Part shown: positions 22,949 through 34,232 of the stretch, piece by piece
How positions within the stretch are numbered: position 1 is the stretch's first letter
Layout: every line of letters begins with the position of its first letter
Assembly: GCA_965240325.2 (NCBI GenBank)
Contig: OZ251239.1
Location: 1-64,000 of the forward strand
Length of the DNA: 64,000 nucleotides
Reading direction: 5' to 3'
DNA from: Rebecca billardiae RCC1528
Lineage: Eukaryota > Protista > Haptophyta
Made by a program: the position numbers and the translations under genes
Notes under the pieces: generated by a model
The model's database searches: none
The model's input: only the letters and a program-made list of their open reading frames with translations
What the model was told of the DNA's origin: nothing

Positions 22949-23313
22949 CCAAGCACGCGCGAGCACGAAGCGGTTTTGCTGCTCATCTTTCGGTCCGATG
23001 TGCGACCTCGAAGCTTCGCGCCCCTTTATTCAAGACGAGCGCCGCCGGCCACGTGACCGAGACGCTGATTGATTAATACCGCGACCGTCTTTCAACTGTT
23101 CGAAACACTTCGATTCGACGTCGACGCTTTGAAGTTGTCGTAAATCATCGTCGTATCAGCGCCGCGAATAGGAAGACGTGGCCGTCGCGTCGTCGCGCTG
23201 GTCGCTGGACAGGCGCAAAGAAAAGGGGAGGCGGACGGGATCTGATCCAACTCACCGTTGCCCGTACGTCGCCGCGCCCCAGCAAGCTCGCGTCGCGCCA
23301 GCACGCGCGCGCC

Positions 23314-26037
23314 ATGCCGTGCAGGCTCGCCGAGCACGGGCCCGCCGACGAGGCGGGCGAGGAGCCGGCGGGGAGCAGTGACGCGCCGCCGCCGCGCTTC
23401 GGCTGGCACGCGGAGCTCGCCGACGCGGCGCTCGAGCGCGAGTTCCAGGCGCGCGTCGGCCGGCCGCGGCTCGTGCGCCGCGCCGCGGCGTTCGTCGCGC
23501 TGCTCGCCGCCGCCGCGCTCGGCGCGCTGGTCGCGGACCGCGCCGCGGCGCGCGCGTGCGACGCGCGGCCCGCCCACCAGCTCGGCCTCGCCGCCGCCGG
23601 CCTCGCCCTCCTCGGCGCCGGCGCCGGCGCCGGCACGCGGCGCGCGCTGCCCGCGCTCGCCGTCGAGCTGTGCACGTGCGCGTACGCGTGCGCGGCGGTG
23701 CTCTCGCACGCGGCGTGGCGCCCGGCGGCGCCGCACGACGCACCGCAGCTCGCCGCCGCGCTCCTCGCCCTCGGCGTGCAGCTCCGCCCGCGCGTGCTCG
23801 CGCCCGCGCTCGGCGCGGCCGTGCTCGGCGGCGCGCTCGGCGGCGGCGCGCCCGACTACGCGGAGCGCGGCGCGGCGGCGGCGGCGCCGCAGCTGGGCGC
23901 GCCGCTGCTGCGCGCCGCGCTGCTGCTCGGCGCGGCCGTGTGCCTCGCGCGCGCCGAGCGCGCCGCCTTCCACTACCGCGCCGCCGCGCGGCGCGCGGCG
24001 GCGGCCGCGGCGTGCGAGCAGCGCGCGGCCGTGCAGGGCGCGCGCGGCCGGCTGATCCGCGTGCTGATGCACAACCTGCGCAGCCCGCTGCTCGCCGTGG
24101 CGAACGCGGTGGACGCGCTGGACGAGCTGCCGCCGCGCGCGCCGCTCGCCGACCCCGCCGTCTCCGAGGCCGTGCGCGCGCTGCGCAGCGCGTCGTCGAT
24201 CGCGCAGGCGATCGTGTCGGACATGCTCGACTGTGCGCGCGCGCGCGCACGCGCCGCCCCACACCGCGCGCGCGGCTCGAGCGCGCGCGCGCGCTCACGT
24301 GCGTCCCCGCCCGCGCCGCGCCGCGCGCAGTCGAGCTCATAGAGTCGGGCCGGCTGCAGCTCGAGCCGGCGCCCTTCTCGCCGCTCTCGCTGCTGGGCGC
24401 GTCCGCGGGCACGTTTGAGCCGGTGGCGAGGCGCAAGGGCGTGGCGCTGCTGCTCCCGGACCCCCCGCCCGGACTCGAGGGGCTGCAGCTCGTGGGCGAC
24501 GCGCAGCGGCTGCTGCAGGCGCTCAACAACGGCGTGTCCAACGCGGTGCGCGCGCCGCGCCGCGCCGCGCCCGGCGGAGCGCGCTCCCGCCCCCGCCCGG
24601 CGCGCGCCGCCCGAGACTCACCGCCCCGCCCGCGCGGCGCCGCCACCGCGTCACCCACGCACCGTCGTCAGCTCAAGTTCACGCCGCCCGGCGGCAGCGT
24701 CACGCTCAGCGCGGCCGTCGAGGCGGGCGCGCCGGCGTCCGCCGCCGAGCCCGCCGCCGGCCGCGCGCGCGCCGTGCGCTTCGTCGTGTCCGACACGGGC
24801 CCGGGGCTGAGCGGCGCGGCGGAGGCGAGCGTGCGCTGCGCCACGCCGTTTGCGCGCGTGGAGGCGGGCCAGCTGGGCGGCAGCGGCGGCAGCGGGCTCG
24901 GGCTCAGCATCGCGCGGCAGATCGTCGAGATGCACGCCGGCTCGAGCCTCAGCGTGACCAACGCGCCGCGCCGCGCCGGCGGCGGCGCGCGCTTCGAGAT
25001 GGCGCTGCGGCTGCCCGCCGCGCCACCAGCCGAGCCGCCCGCCGCCGCGCCCGCGCCCGCAGGCGCGCCGCCGCGCGCGCGCGCGCCGGCCGGCAGCACG
25101 CCGCCGCCGTGCGCGCGCAGGCCGAGCTGGGCGCACGCGGCCGACGCGGCCGAGGTCCCGCCCGCGCCGCTCGACCCCTCGGCCGAGCTGGACGTGCAGC
25201 GGCTGCTGCAGACCGTCGGCGAGCGGCCCGAGACTGCGGCCGAGCCCGAGCGCGCGCCCGCGGCCGCCGCCGAGGCCGCCGCGCTGGCAGGGCCGCTCGC
25301 CGACGACCCGGCGCCCGATGCCGAGCCCGCCGTGGCGCCCGCCCTGCCGCCGGGTGTGCAGGTGCTGCACGCCGAGGTGCGCTCCGCCGCGCCCGCCCGC
25401 CTGCCGCGCGCGCGCGCGCGCGGCGCCGCGCCCGCCAGCGCCGCGCCCGCGCGCGCTCACGCACGCCGCGCCGTCTCTCTCCGTCTCTCTGCGCGCAGGA
25501 CGACCGGCTGCTGCGGCGCTCGATCGAGCTGCGGCTGCTGCGCAAGCTGGGCGTGAGCTCGCACGGCGTGGACGACGGCGCGCTCGCCGTCGCGGCGATC
25601 CGCGCCACGCCCCGCGCGGGCTGGCCCTCGCTCATCCTGATGGACAACCAGATGCCTGCCATGAGCGGTGCGGACCGCCGCGCCGCATGCGCGCGCGCCA
25701 CCGCGCGCCGCCTCCCGCACGGCCGTGGCGCGCACACGCACCGGCCCGCTCGGCCGCTCACGCCGCGCCGCGCGCGCGCCCGCCTCGCCGCGCAGGCACC
25801 GAGGCCACGCGCGCGATCCGCGCGGCCGGGTACGACCGGCCGATCCTCGGGATGACGGGCGACCCCTCCGGGTGCGCCGAGCGGCTGGAGTTTGAGGGCA
25901 GCGGGCTGGACGCGTGCCTGGACAAGGACGCGGCCGGGATGGAGCGGGCCGCGGAGCTGCTGCGCGCCGCGCTGCTCTCGCCCGCACAAGCGCCCGCGCC
26001 CGCCGACGCCGCTGCCGGCGGCGACGACAGCAGGTAG
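23314..26037 (+). CDS. Membrane-bound hybrid histidine kinase (TMs-HisKA-HATPase-REC); introns 24233-24330, 24546-24671, 25377-25498, 25668-25795
   Basis: H-box MHNLRSPL, DMLDFELIESG, GDAQRLLQALNNGVSNALKFT, VSDTGPG, GSGLGLSIARQIVEMH. Receiver motifs are LHAEDD, ILMDNQMPAMSG, ILGMTG and LDK. All four splices keep the frame. Confidence 0.92.
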
Positions 26038-26151
26038 GCGGCGGGGAAAGGCGCGCGGCCGAGTGCCGGCGCACTCGGTGCAGCCACCGGGTCGTCCCGC
26101 TGTCGCGTCCGCGGGACCGGTACTCGTGATGACGACGCAAAGCCCGTGATG

Positions 26152-26169
26152 TATATATATATATATATA
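26152..26169. repeat. (TA)9 microsatellite in an AT-rich convergent intergenic region
   Basis: Read directly from the sequence. Confidence 0.95.
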
Positions 26170-26545
26170 CGACTACTCTGAGCCCTGCGGCTGCTCTCTG
26201 ACGACTCAGCAGATGCCATCATCGTCGTCGTCGCTATCAAGACGGCTACGGCTCAAGCGTATTAGCAGCAGTCGTACGAGACATCGGCGCAGCAGTAGTT
26301 CATGATATATATACGCACATATATGCATATTATATTATTGTAGTATATATATATACAGCATATCTAGCAGAGCAGCTTCACGGACGAGCTGACGAGCCGC
26401 GCTGCTGCGAGCGGACGTGAGCGCCCGCCCCCGGGTCCTTACCCGGGTCCTAGACCTAGTTCAAAGCAGCCTGGATCCGACTGGACGACGACCGGATGAT
26501 ATCGACTGCGCTCGGCGGGGGGTCGCCGCCAGCCGGCCATCCGCC

Positions 26546-27421
26546 TCATCTGGGCGACGCGAGCCCCGACGGCGGCCCGAGCCATTGGTGGCGGCGCGGC
26601 TGCGGCGAGCCGCGAGGAGCGCCGGGGCTGTCGGCCGCGCGCGCCGCCCCGCGCGACCACGGCGCTCGCACCGCCCAGCGCGAGCGCAAGCCGCCGCTCG
26701 GCGGCGCGGCGGCGGGCGCGGCGCTCGGCGCGGCGCGCGCGAGCGGCCGGCCGGGCGCTCGGCGCGGCGGCGGCGAGAGCGACGCGGCCCGCGCGGGCGG
26801 CGCGCCCGATCGCGTGCCGCGCGCGGGCGAGGCGCTCACCGAGCGGCCGCCGCGCGCGCTCGGCCGCGCGCGCTCGGGCGGCGCGGGCAGCTCGGGCGGC
26901 GTGGGCGGCGGCGTCTGGCCGTCGGCGGCGGCGGCCAGCGTGGCGGCGCGCTGGCGCTCCTCCCGCGTGAGCCGCGCCCGCTGGCGCGCGTGCGCCTCCG
27001 CGTCCGCCGCGCCGCCGACGAGCGGCGTCGGCGCGCGCGGCTTGGCGGCCGCGGCCGCGCGCGGCGGGAAGAGCTGCGCGAGCTCGCGGATGGTGGTGCG
27101 CGAGATGCCGGCGTAGTCGGCGCGCGCGATGCGGTATGAGACCGAGCGGAGCATCCGCTCGCGCGAGTCCGCGTCGCGCGCGGACATGGCGCGCGCGCGC
27201 GCGCCGCGCGCGGGCGCGCCGCCGCGGCAGTGCGGCGCGCGCTCGGCGTGCTCGAGCGCGCGCCGGCCGAGCGAGGCGCCGTCGGCGGTGAGCGCGCGCT
27301 GGCCGTCGTCCCAGATGCTCTCGGCGTACGCGTCGGACATCGCCTCCGCGTTGCGCGAGCGGCCGATCTGCGCCTCGGGCGGCGCGACCGCCGGGCGGGG
27401 CGCGCGCGCGGAGGCCGGCAT
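26546..27421 (-). CDS. Hypothetical protein
   Basis: ATG-initiated ORF with non-low-complexity, GC3-rich segments (MSDAYAESIWDDG, RERMLRSVSYRIARADYAGISRTTIRELAQLF). No family recognised. Confidence 0.55.
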   Translation of the reverse strand: MPASARAPRPAVAPPEAQIGRSRNAEAMSDAYAESIWDDGQRALTADGASLGRRALEHAERAPHCRGGAPARGARARAMSARDADSRERMLRSVSYRIARADYAGISRTTIRELAQLFPPRAAAAAKPRAPTPLVGGAADAEAHARQRARLTREERQRAATLAAAADGQTPPPTPPELPAPPERARPSARGGRSVSASPARGTRSGAPPARAASLSPPPRRAPGRPLARAAPSAAPAAAPPSGGLRSRWAVRAPWSRGAARAADSPGAPRGSPQPRRHQWLGPPSGLASPR

Positions 27422-27476
27422 GCGGCCGGGCGTTGGCCCGGCTCGCGACGAGTGAGGCCGGTAACGGCTGGCGAAT

Positions 27477-27518
27477 CAAGGGGCTTACAAAACTAATACC
27501 ACCACTGTAAGCCCCTTG
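27477..27518. mobile_element. 42-bp miniature TIR element (P-element-like ends)
   Basis: Perfect 13-bp TIR CAAGGGGCTTACA/TGTAAGCCCCTTG around a 16-nt core, with a 7-bp direct repeat GGCGAAT at 27470-27476 and 27519-27525. Confidence 0.75.
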
Positions 27519-27742
27519 GGCGAATGTCCCCGGAGGCCGCACGCGGCGGGAAGCGCGTGAAACGGACACCGAGGGTCCTAAACAGCTAGTACGACGCTTC
27601 AGCCTCAGGCTGACGGTGCGTCCCCTCAGTGAGCCTCAGTCGCCGCCGTGGCGTGCACGCGACAACCGCGCGCGACGACGGCGCGCGATCGCGCCGGCGA
27701 CGCCGCCGCGGTCACCAGTGCCAGCGCGTCCGAGTGCCCGCC

Positions 27743-29680
27743 TCACGAGCCCGCCCTCGGAGCCGCACCGCCAGCTGCGAGACGGCGCGGCTCGGGCTCG
27801 GGCGCGCACGGCCGCGGGCCGAGCGAGGCCGCTGCCGCGGAGCCGGAGGGCGAGGCGGCGGAGGCCGAGAGCTCGGCGAGATCGAACGCGAAGAGCAGCG
27901 CGCGCCGGTGCGGCGGGCGGGGCTCGGCGAGCGCCTCGTCGCTCGGCGCCGCCTTCTCGCCGCCGCCGAGCGGCTGCCGCTGCCGCGGCGCCGTGCGCGC
28001 GCGCGCGCGCGGCGCGTCGTCGTCCTCGCCGCCGCACCCGCCGCACCCGCCCGGCGCGCGCGGCTGCGGCTCGGCCGCGGCGCGCGGCGGGCGCGCGGCC
28101 GCCGCCTCGCGAGGCGGCGTGACCGGCGCGGCCGGCGCGCCCTCGGCGCCCGCGCGCGCGCCCACGCGCGCGCCCGCCCCCTCCTCCCCCGCCTCCGCCC
28201 CCTCCGGCGCTGCGCTGCCCCACTGGCGGCACAGCTCTGCGCTGCCCCACTGGCGGCACAGCTCGAGCGCCGCTCCCAGCGACACGTGCGCGTAGCAGCC
28301 CTCAGCGTACACGTCCGCGCTGTGCGGGCAGGAGGCGTCGGGGCCGAGCAGCGCGTGCGGCGTGTGCAGCGGCAGCAGCAGCGCGTCCGTCGCCTCCCAC
28401 AGCGACACCCACGCCCCGTGCGCAGCGCCGCCGCCCGCCGCCCCCGCTGCGGCGCCGAGCGGCCGCAGCTGCGCGGGCGCGTGCGCGTGCGCGGGCGCGT
28501 GCGCGTGCGCGTGCGCGTGCGCGTGCGCGTGCGCCCGCGCCCCCGCCTCCGCCTCCGCCTCCGCCTCCGCCTCCGCCTCCGCCTCTGCGGCCGCGTGCGC
28601 GAGCGCGCACGCGAGCAGCGGCAGCAGCTCGTCCGCGCAGAGCGGCGCGCGCTCGGCGGCGGCGCCGGCGCGCGGCGCGCGGCACGCGAGCGCGGCGTCG
28701 TGCACGGCGCGCCACGCGTCGCGCGCGCACAGCAGTCGCTCGAGCGGGCTCGGCAGCGCCGGCAGCGCGCGCAGCGCCGCGGCCGCGCGCCCCAGCTGCG
28801 CGCTCGCCAGCTCGGCGGGCACGCCCAGGGCGGCGCGGCCGGCGGCGTGGAGCGCGGGGAGCGCGGCGGCGACGGCCGCGTCGGCGGCGGCGCGGTGCTC
28901 GCGCAGCGCCGCGTGCACCTTGGGCAGCGCCGCCGCCGCTGTGAACGCGTGCACCGCGAGCGCGCACGCGCCGCGCACGCCGAGCGGCGCGCCGCCCGCG
29001 CTGCCGCGCGCGTGCCGCGCGACCGCGCCGTCGGCCGCGAGCGCGTCCGCCGCGGCGTCGCACCAGCGGCCGATCTGCGCGGCGGTGCTCTCGACGTGCG
29101 CGGGCACGAGCACGTACGACGCGTGGAACGCGCGCAGCCGCGCGCGCAGCGTGTGCAGCGCCGCGCGCGCCGCGGGCGCCTCCGCTGCGCACAGCAGCTC
29201 GGTGCACTGCGCGAGCGTGCGCAGCGGCGCGGCGCGCGGCGGCGGCGCGGCGCGCGGCGGCGGCGCGGCGGGCGCGCGCGGCGCGGCGCGCCCGCCCGCC
29301 AGCGGCGCGTCGAGCCGCAGCACGCGCAGCGCGCGGCGCGACGGCGCGGGCGGCTGCGGCTCCGCGCCGCGCGCGCGCGGCACCGCCAGCAGCTCTTCGC
29401 ACAGGACGGCGCACACGCGGCCGCGCGAGACGAAGCGGTGCGCGGCGCGGTCAAAGTGGACGGGCGTGCCGTCGAGCGCGCCGTACGCGCCGCCCGCGCC
29501 GGCCGCCGGCTCGCGCAGCACGTGCGCGCGCGCGATCGCGGCCGAGGTGAGCTCGGCGACCGAGAGCGCGCCCGCGGGCGGCACGCAGAGCACGCAGCGC
29601 TCGCGCACGGCGGCGAGCAGCACGTCGGCGTGGCGCTCGCACAGCGCGGCGTAGAACGGGTGCGCCGCGAGCGCCTCCAT
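27743..29680 (-). CDS. VPS9-domain protein (Rab5-family GEF; VARP/ANKRD27-like N-terminus)
   Basis: HPFYAAL N-terminus; SPLERLLC; ADELLPLL, the VPS9 catalytic Asp motif; EGCYAHVSLGAALE. A 27-bp in-frame duplication (ELCRQWGSA x2) lies at 28211-28264. Confidence 0.8.
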   Translation of the reverse strand: MEALAAHPFYAALCERHADVLLAAVRERCVLCVPPAGALSVAELTSAAIARAHVLREPAAGAGGAYGALDGTPVHFDRAAHRFVSRGRVCAVLCEELLAVPRARGAEPQPPAPSRRALRVLRLDAPLAGGRAAPRAPAAPPPRAAPPPRAAPLRTLAQCTELLCAAEAPAARAALHTLRARLRAFHASYVLVPAHVESTAAQIGRWCDAAADALAADGAVARHARGSAGGAPLGVRGACALAVHAFTAAAALPKVHAALREHRAAADAAVAAALPALHAAGRAALGVPAELASAQLGRAAAALRALPALPSPLERLLCARDAWRAVHDAALACRAPRAGAAAERAPLCADELLPLLACALAHAAAEAEAEAEAEAEAEAGARAHAHAHAHAHAHAPAHAHAPAQLRPLGAAAGAAGGGAAHGAWVSLWEATDALLLPLHTPHALLGPDASCPHSADVYAEGCYAHVSLGAALELCRQWGSAELCRQWGSAAPEGAEAGEEGAGARVGARAGAEGAPAAPVTPPREAAAARPPRAAAEPQPRAPGGCGGCGGEDDDAPRARARTAPRQRQPLGGGEKAAPSDEALAEPRPPHRRALLFAFDLAELSASAASPSGSAAAASLGPRPCAPEPEPRRLAAGGAAPRAGS

Positions 29681-29844
29681 CCGTCCGCCGCCGCCGCCCG
29701 GAGGCCGCTGCTCGGCGCGTGGCTTGGGCTCGCGGGCGCGGGTGCCCGCCCAGCCGGCAGCCGGCTCGACGAACCGGTCGGGAGCCGCTCGGCTTCGTCA
29801 TCTCGAGCACGCGAGATTTCGGGAGGGCGCCTCGCCAACAGCCG

Positions 29845-30920
29845 GAGGCCACTTCACCGAAATCCAGGTTGGGGAGGATCTCCGCTGCACTGGTGGGGAG
29901 GATGTCATCCTCCCCGCTCGCCACGGCTGGGGAGGATGTCCGCCGCGCTGTCCGGTCTTTCGCCGCTGACAAAACTTTCGAAAACGAAAGTCGCGCTATG
30001 GCGGACCCGGTGTTCCCGCCCGGCGGCGAAAGGGGCGCGGGGCCGGTGGCTCGCGATCCGAAGGGCAGTAGCACGCGACCTCGCTTGGGCGGTGGCAGCG
30101 GCGCTGTGGCACAGCGTGTACCATCCGCGCGGCTGTGCGCGATCGCGCGGTCCCGTTCGTCGCCACGCCGCGCGCGACCGTTCACGCCACAGTCTTTCCG
30201 CACTGGCATGCACCCGTTGCAAGCGCATGACGGCGGAGAGCTCAGAGAGCCCGTCACGCGCGTGACGACCGTGTGGGATGGGTTGTACAGCTTGTCTTCA
30301 TGTTCAGGGAGGCACGCGCCGGCCCATGAGGCGGGCATGCGGATCATGGACGGCTGCTGTACTGTCCACAACTCCATGGCCGTGTGGCAGGCGATGACTC
30401 ATCTTTCAGCAGTTAGGAATGGTCTGAACGTTGGATGGGCTCATCAGAAAGCCTACGAAGGGCAGCCTTCATATCGGCACAACCCATCCCACACGGTCGT
30501 CACGCGCGTGACGGGCTCTCTGAGCTCTCCGCCGTCATGCGCTTGCAACGGGTGCATGCCAGTGCGGAAAGACTGTGGCGTGAACGGTCGCGCGCGGCGT
30601 GGCGACGAACGGGACCGCGCGATCGCGCACAGCCGCGCGGATGGTACACGCTGTGCCACAGCGCCGCTGCCACCGCCCAAGCGAGGTCGCGTGCTACTGC
30701 CCTTCGGATCGCGAGCCACCGGCCCCGCGCCCCTTTCGCCGCCGGGCGGGAACACCGGGTCCGCCATAGCGCGACTTTCGTTTTCGAAAGTTTTGTCAGC
30801 GGCGAAAGACCGGACAGCGCGGCGGACATCCTCCCCAGCCGTGGCGAGCGGGGAGGATGACATCCTCCCCACCAGTGCAGCGGAGATCCTCCCCAACCTG
30901 GATTTCGGTGAAGTGGCCTC
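29845..30920. mobile_element. Foldback-type element, 1076 bp, with 442-bp TIRs and a 5-bp TSD
   Basis: 29845-30286 is the reverse complement of 30479-30920, with no mismatch seen by eye. Termini are GAG..CTC, flanked by AGCCG at 29840-29844 and 30921-30925. The spacer is 192 bp and TGGGGAGGAT repeats subterminally. Confidence 0.95.
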
Positions 30921-31009
30921 AGCCGCGCGCCCTCTCCAAGACCTCCCCACGGCCACAAGCGCAAAGCCGCCCCCCACCCGTGCGGACGGCGGCGGGCGCG
31001 CCGGCCTCG

Positions 31010-31815
31010 ATGGGCGAGGGCACGGAGGACGGCGCGGCGGCGGCGGCGGCGGGCGAGGCGGACGACGCGCCGCCGAGCGACGCCGACGCCGACGCGGGCG
31101 CGCTCGCCGAGGGCGCGCTGTGCGCGTGGGCGGACGCGCCCGAGCGCGTGTGGACGGCCGCCGTGCTCGTCGCCGGCGGCGCGGTGCGCGTGGGCGAGGA
31201 GGGCGCGATCCGCGTGGGGCGGCACACGCCGGTGCTGCACGTGCACGTCGGCGCGCGCGACCTCGTCGTGCTCCCCGCGCCGCGCCGCGCCGCGGCCGAG
31301 GGCGCGCGCACGCTGTGCGTGCTGCTGCCCGCCGACGGCGCCGCCGACGGCGCCGCCGACGGCGCCGCCGCGCGCGTGCTCGCGGCGCTGCGCGCGCGCG
31401 TGACGCTGCTCTCGCTCTGCGTACGCGCGCGCGACCTGGCCGGCGTCACCGTCGTGCCGCCCGCCGACCTGCTCCCGTCCGAGCGCCTCTCGACGCGCGT
31501 GCACCGCGGCTGCCGGCTGGTGCAGAGCGGCGCGCTGCACGGCGCCGCGGGCGCGTCGCGGCTGCTGCTGCGCCTCGCCGGCTCGGTGAGCCTGCGGCGC
31601 GAGCTGCGCGACTCGCCGCTGCTCGAGGCGCGGCTGCGCGCCGCGCGGCGCTGCGTGCGCGCCGCCTCCGCCGTCACGCACTCGGCGGTCGGCGCCGCGC
31701 TCGACGGCGGCGCGCGCGCCGCGTCGGGCGCGGGCGCGCTCGCGCGCGCGCTCGGCAGCGCGCGCGCCGCCGCCGCGCTGCCCGCGCTGCGCGCGCGGCT
31801 GCTCGCCGCGCGGCT

Positions 31816-31853
<38 letters not shown>

Positions 31854-33436
31854 GCGCCGCGCCGCCCGAGCACCGCCACCCGCCGCCGCCCGGCGCGGCG
31901 GCGCTCCGCTCGGCGGCCTCGCCGCGCTGCGGCCAGGGGCGCTGCGCTGCGGCCGTCGTCGCTCAGAGCGTCGCCGCGTTCGCCGCGGGCGGCGTGGGCG
32001 GCGCGCTGGGCGCGCCGCAGCCGCCGCCGCGCCCCGGGCCGCCCGCCTCGCAGCTCGAGCCGCGCGCGCTGCGGCACGGCGAGCCGCCCCCGCCGCCGCC
32101 GCCGTCTGCGCCGGCCGCGTGTGGGCGCGCGTCACTCGGCCTGCGCGCGAAGCGAGCGGCGCCGACGCTGGTGCACTGCCTCGGCGCGCTGGGCAGCACG
32201 CTCGGCGCGCTCGCGCAGGCGAAGGAGCTCCTCGCCGAGTCCTCCCGCCAGGCGGTCGTCCGCGCCGCCGCGTGCGCGTACGGCCCCGTGGGCGCGCGCG
32301 TGACGGAGGCGGGCATCGGCGTGGTGGCCGAGGTGGGCGCACTGCCCGCCAAGCCGTCCGCCGTGGCGATGCTCGTGCTCTCGGAGGGGGTCGGCCGGCT
32401 CGCGCGCGAGCGCAGCCGCCGCGCGCGCAGCGCGGCCGCCGCGCCGCAGCTCGTCGCGCTGCTGAGGCCCGACGGGCGCGGCGCGCTCGCGCCCCCGCCG
32501 CGCGCCGCACGTGCGGAGCGCGCGGGCGCTGTGGGCGCGGCCGCGGGCGGGGCGGCGGAGGGCGCGGAGGCCGCGGTGGTGGACGAGGCGTCGTGCTACG
32601 CGGTGCTCGGCCGCCCGCTGCTCGAGGGGCGCCTCGCGCTGCGCGACGAGCAGGGCGCCGCCCCCCCGCCGTGGGTGCGCACGTACGGCCTCGCCTGGGA
32701 GGACGGGCTCACGCTGTGCTGGGCAGCCGCAGCAGCAGCCGCACCGCACGCGCCGCACGCGCCGCACGCGCCGCAGCACGCCGCGCGCGGGGGCGCGGCA
32801 GGCGCGCGCGGCACGCCCGCGCACAGCGGCAGCGTGCGCACGCTGTGCTGGACGGAGCTGCGCGCGCTCGCCTTCGAGGCGCCGGAGCAGCACCACCACC
32901 ACGACCACGGCGCGGACGAGCACGGCGCGGAGGCGGGCGCGGAGGCGCGCGGCGCCGCGGCCGCCGAAGCGGCGGCGGCGGGCGCCGCGCCGTCGGCGAC
33001 GCTCGAGCTGTGGCTCAGCGAGCACTCGCCAGCGCGCGACGAGGCCGCCGCGCCCGCCGCGCCCGCGCGTGACGCCGCCGCCGAGGTCGAAGGGGCGCCG
33101 GCCGCCGAGCCGCCGCCGCCGCCGCCCCGCCCGCCCCCGCCCTCCATGCGTCTGCGCGCGCCGTGCGCCGCGGACGCGGCCGCGTGGGCCGCGACGATCC
33201 TCCAGCTGCTCTCCGCGCCCGCGTGCGCCGCGCTGCTCGGCCACCACCACGACCTGACGCCCCGGCTGCCACCGCGCCCTCCGCTGCCCCAGCCGCCCGA
33301 GCGGTCGGGGCAGCACGGGCGCGCGGGGCCGCACAGCGCGGTGGCGGCCGAGGGCCCGGAGGTGGGCGCGCAGCCCTCCGCCGTGCGCGAGAGCGACTCG
33401 TGGGTGCTGGTGTCCATCGACGACGGCTTCTCCTGA
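31010..33436 (+). CDS. Senescence/spartin-domain protein with PH-like domain and C-terminal LIR-like motif
   Basis: Senescence-domain-like helices LGSTLGALAQAKELLAESSRQAVVRAAACAYGPVGARVT; PH-like LLEGRLAL..WVRTYGL..LRAPCAADAAAWAATI; ends in SDSWVLVSIDDGFS. Confidence 0.65.
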
Positions 33437-33678
33437 GGCCAGGCTGCTGAGCTCCGAGCTCTCGGGCAGAGGCGGCTCCGGCACGGCCCGGCCAGGTGCC
33501 GGCGGGCGGCCTCGGGCGGCCTAAGTCGGGCTGCTGCCTCGGGCTCGGCCGCAGCTGAGCGGCTCCGGTGTACTCGGCGCCACTACCGTATTACCGTATA
33601 CGTAGTACTACTAATCAGACAACACAGCAGTCGAGCACACTGGACCGGCCGCGACCGCACTGCTGCTGAGCCTATAAG

Positions 33679-33840
<162 letters not shown>

Positions 33841-34232
33841 CATATGCTGATGACGACGATATATATGATGTGAGTCGTCGTGCTGCTGCTAATCCGAGCA
33901 GCGTATGAATGGCGGGTCGGCGAACCGGCGCCGACGGCTTGCGCGCGACCGGGTCCGACCGGCGCGATGGCAGATTCGCGCGCGGTTCGGCCGGCGGGTT
34001 CGTTTACGGCTCGCGGCGGACCGGCGTCGCACGGGTCCGCGCCTCCGCGGCCCGGGACGGAGCCGGGCACGACAGTGCTGCTGAATCGGCCACCCACCGG
34101 CGCAGGGCCAGGCACGTCGAGGCGGACCGCGTGTGGCTCGCAGACAGCGCGCGCGTCCAGCGGCGCGCGCACGCCGGCAGCCGCGCCGCCTTCTCGTCCA
34201 CTGCGGCGGCCGCGCCGCGCGCACTCGGCTGC

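Noticed and set aside
29719-33072. 1117-aa ORF spanning the foldback element
   Set aside because: A chance read-through of the element plus an off-frame shadow of the gene starting at 31010.
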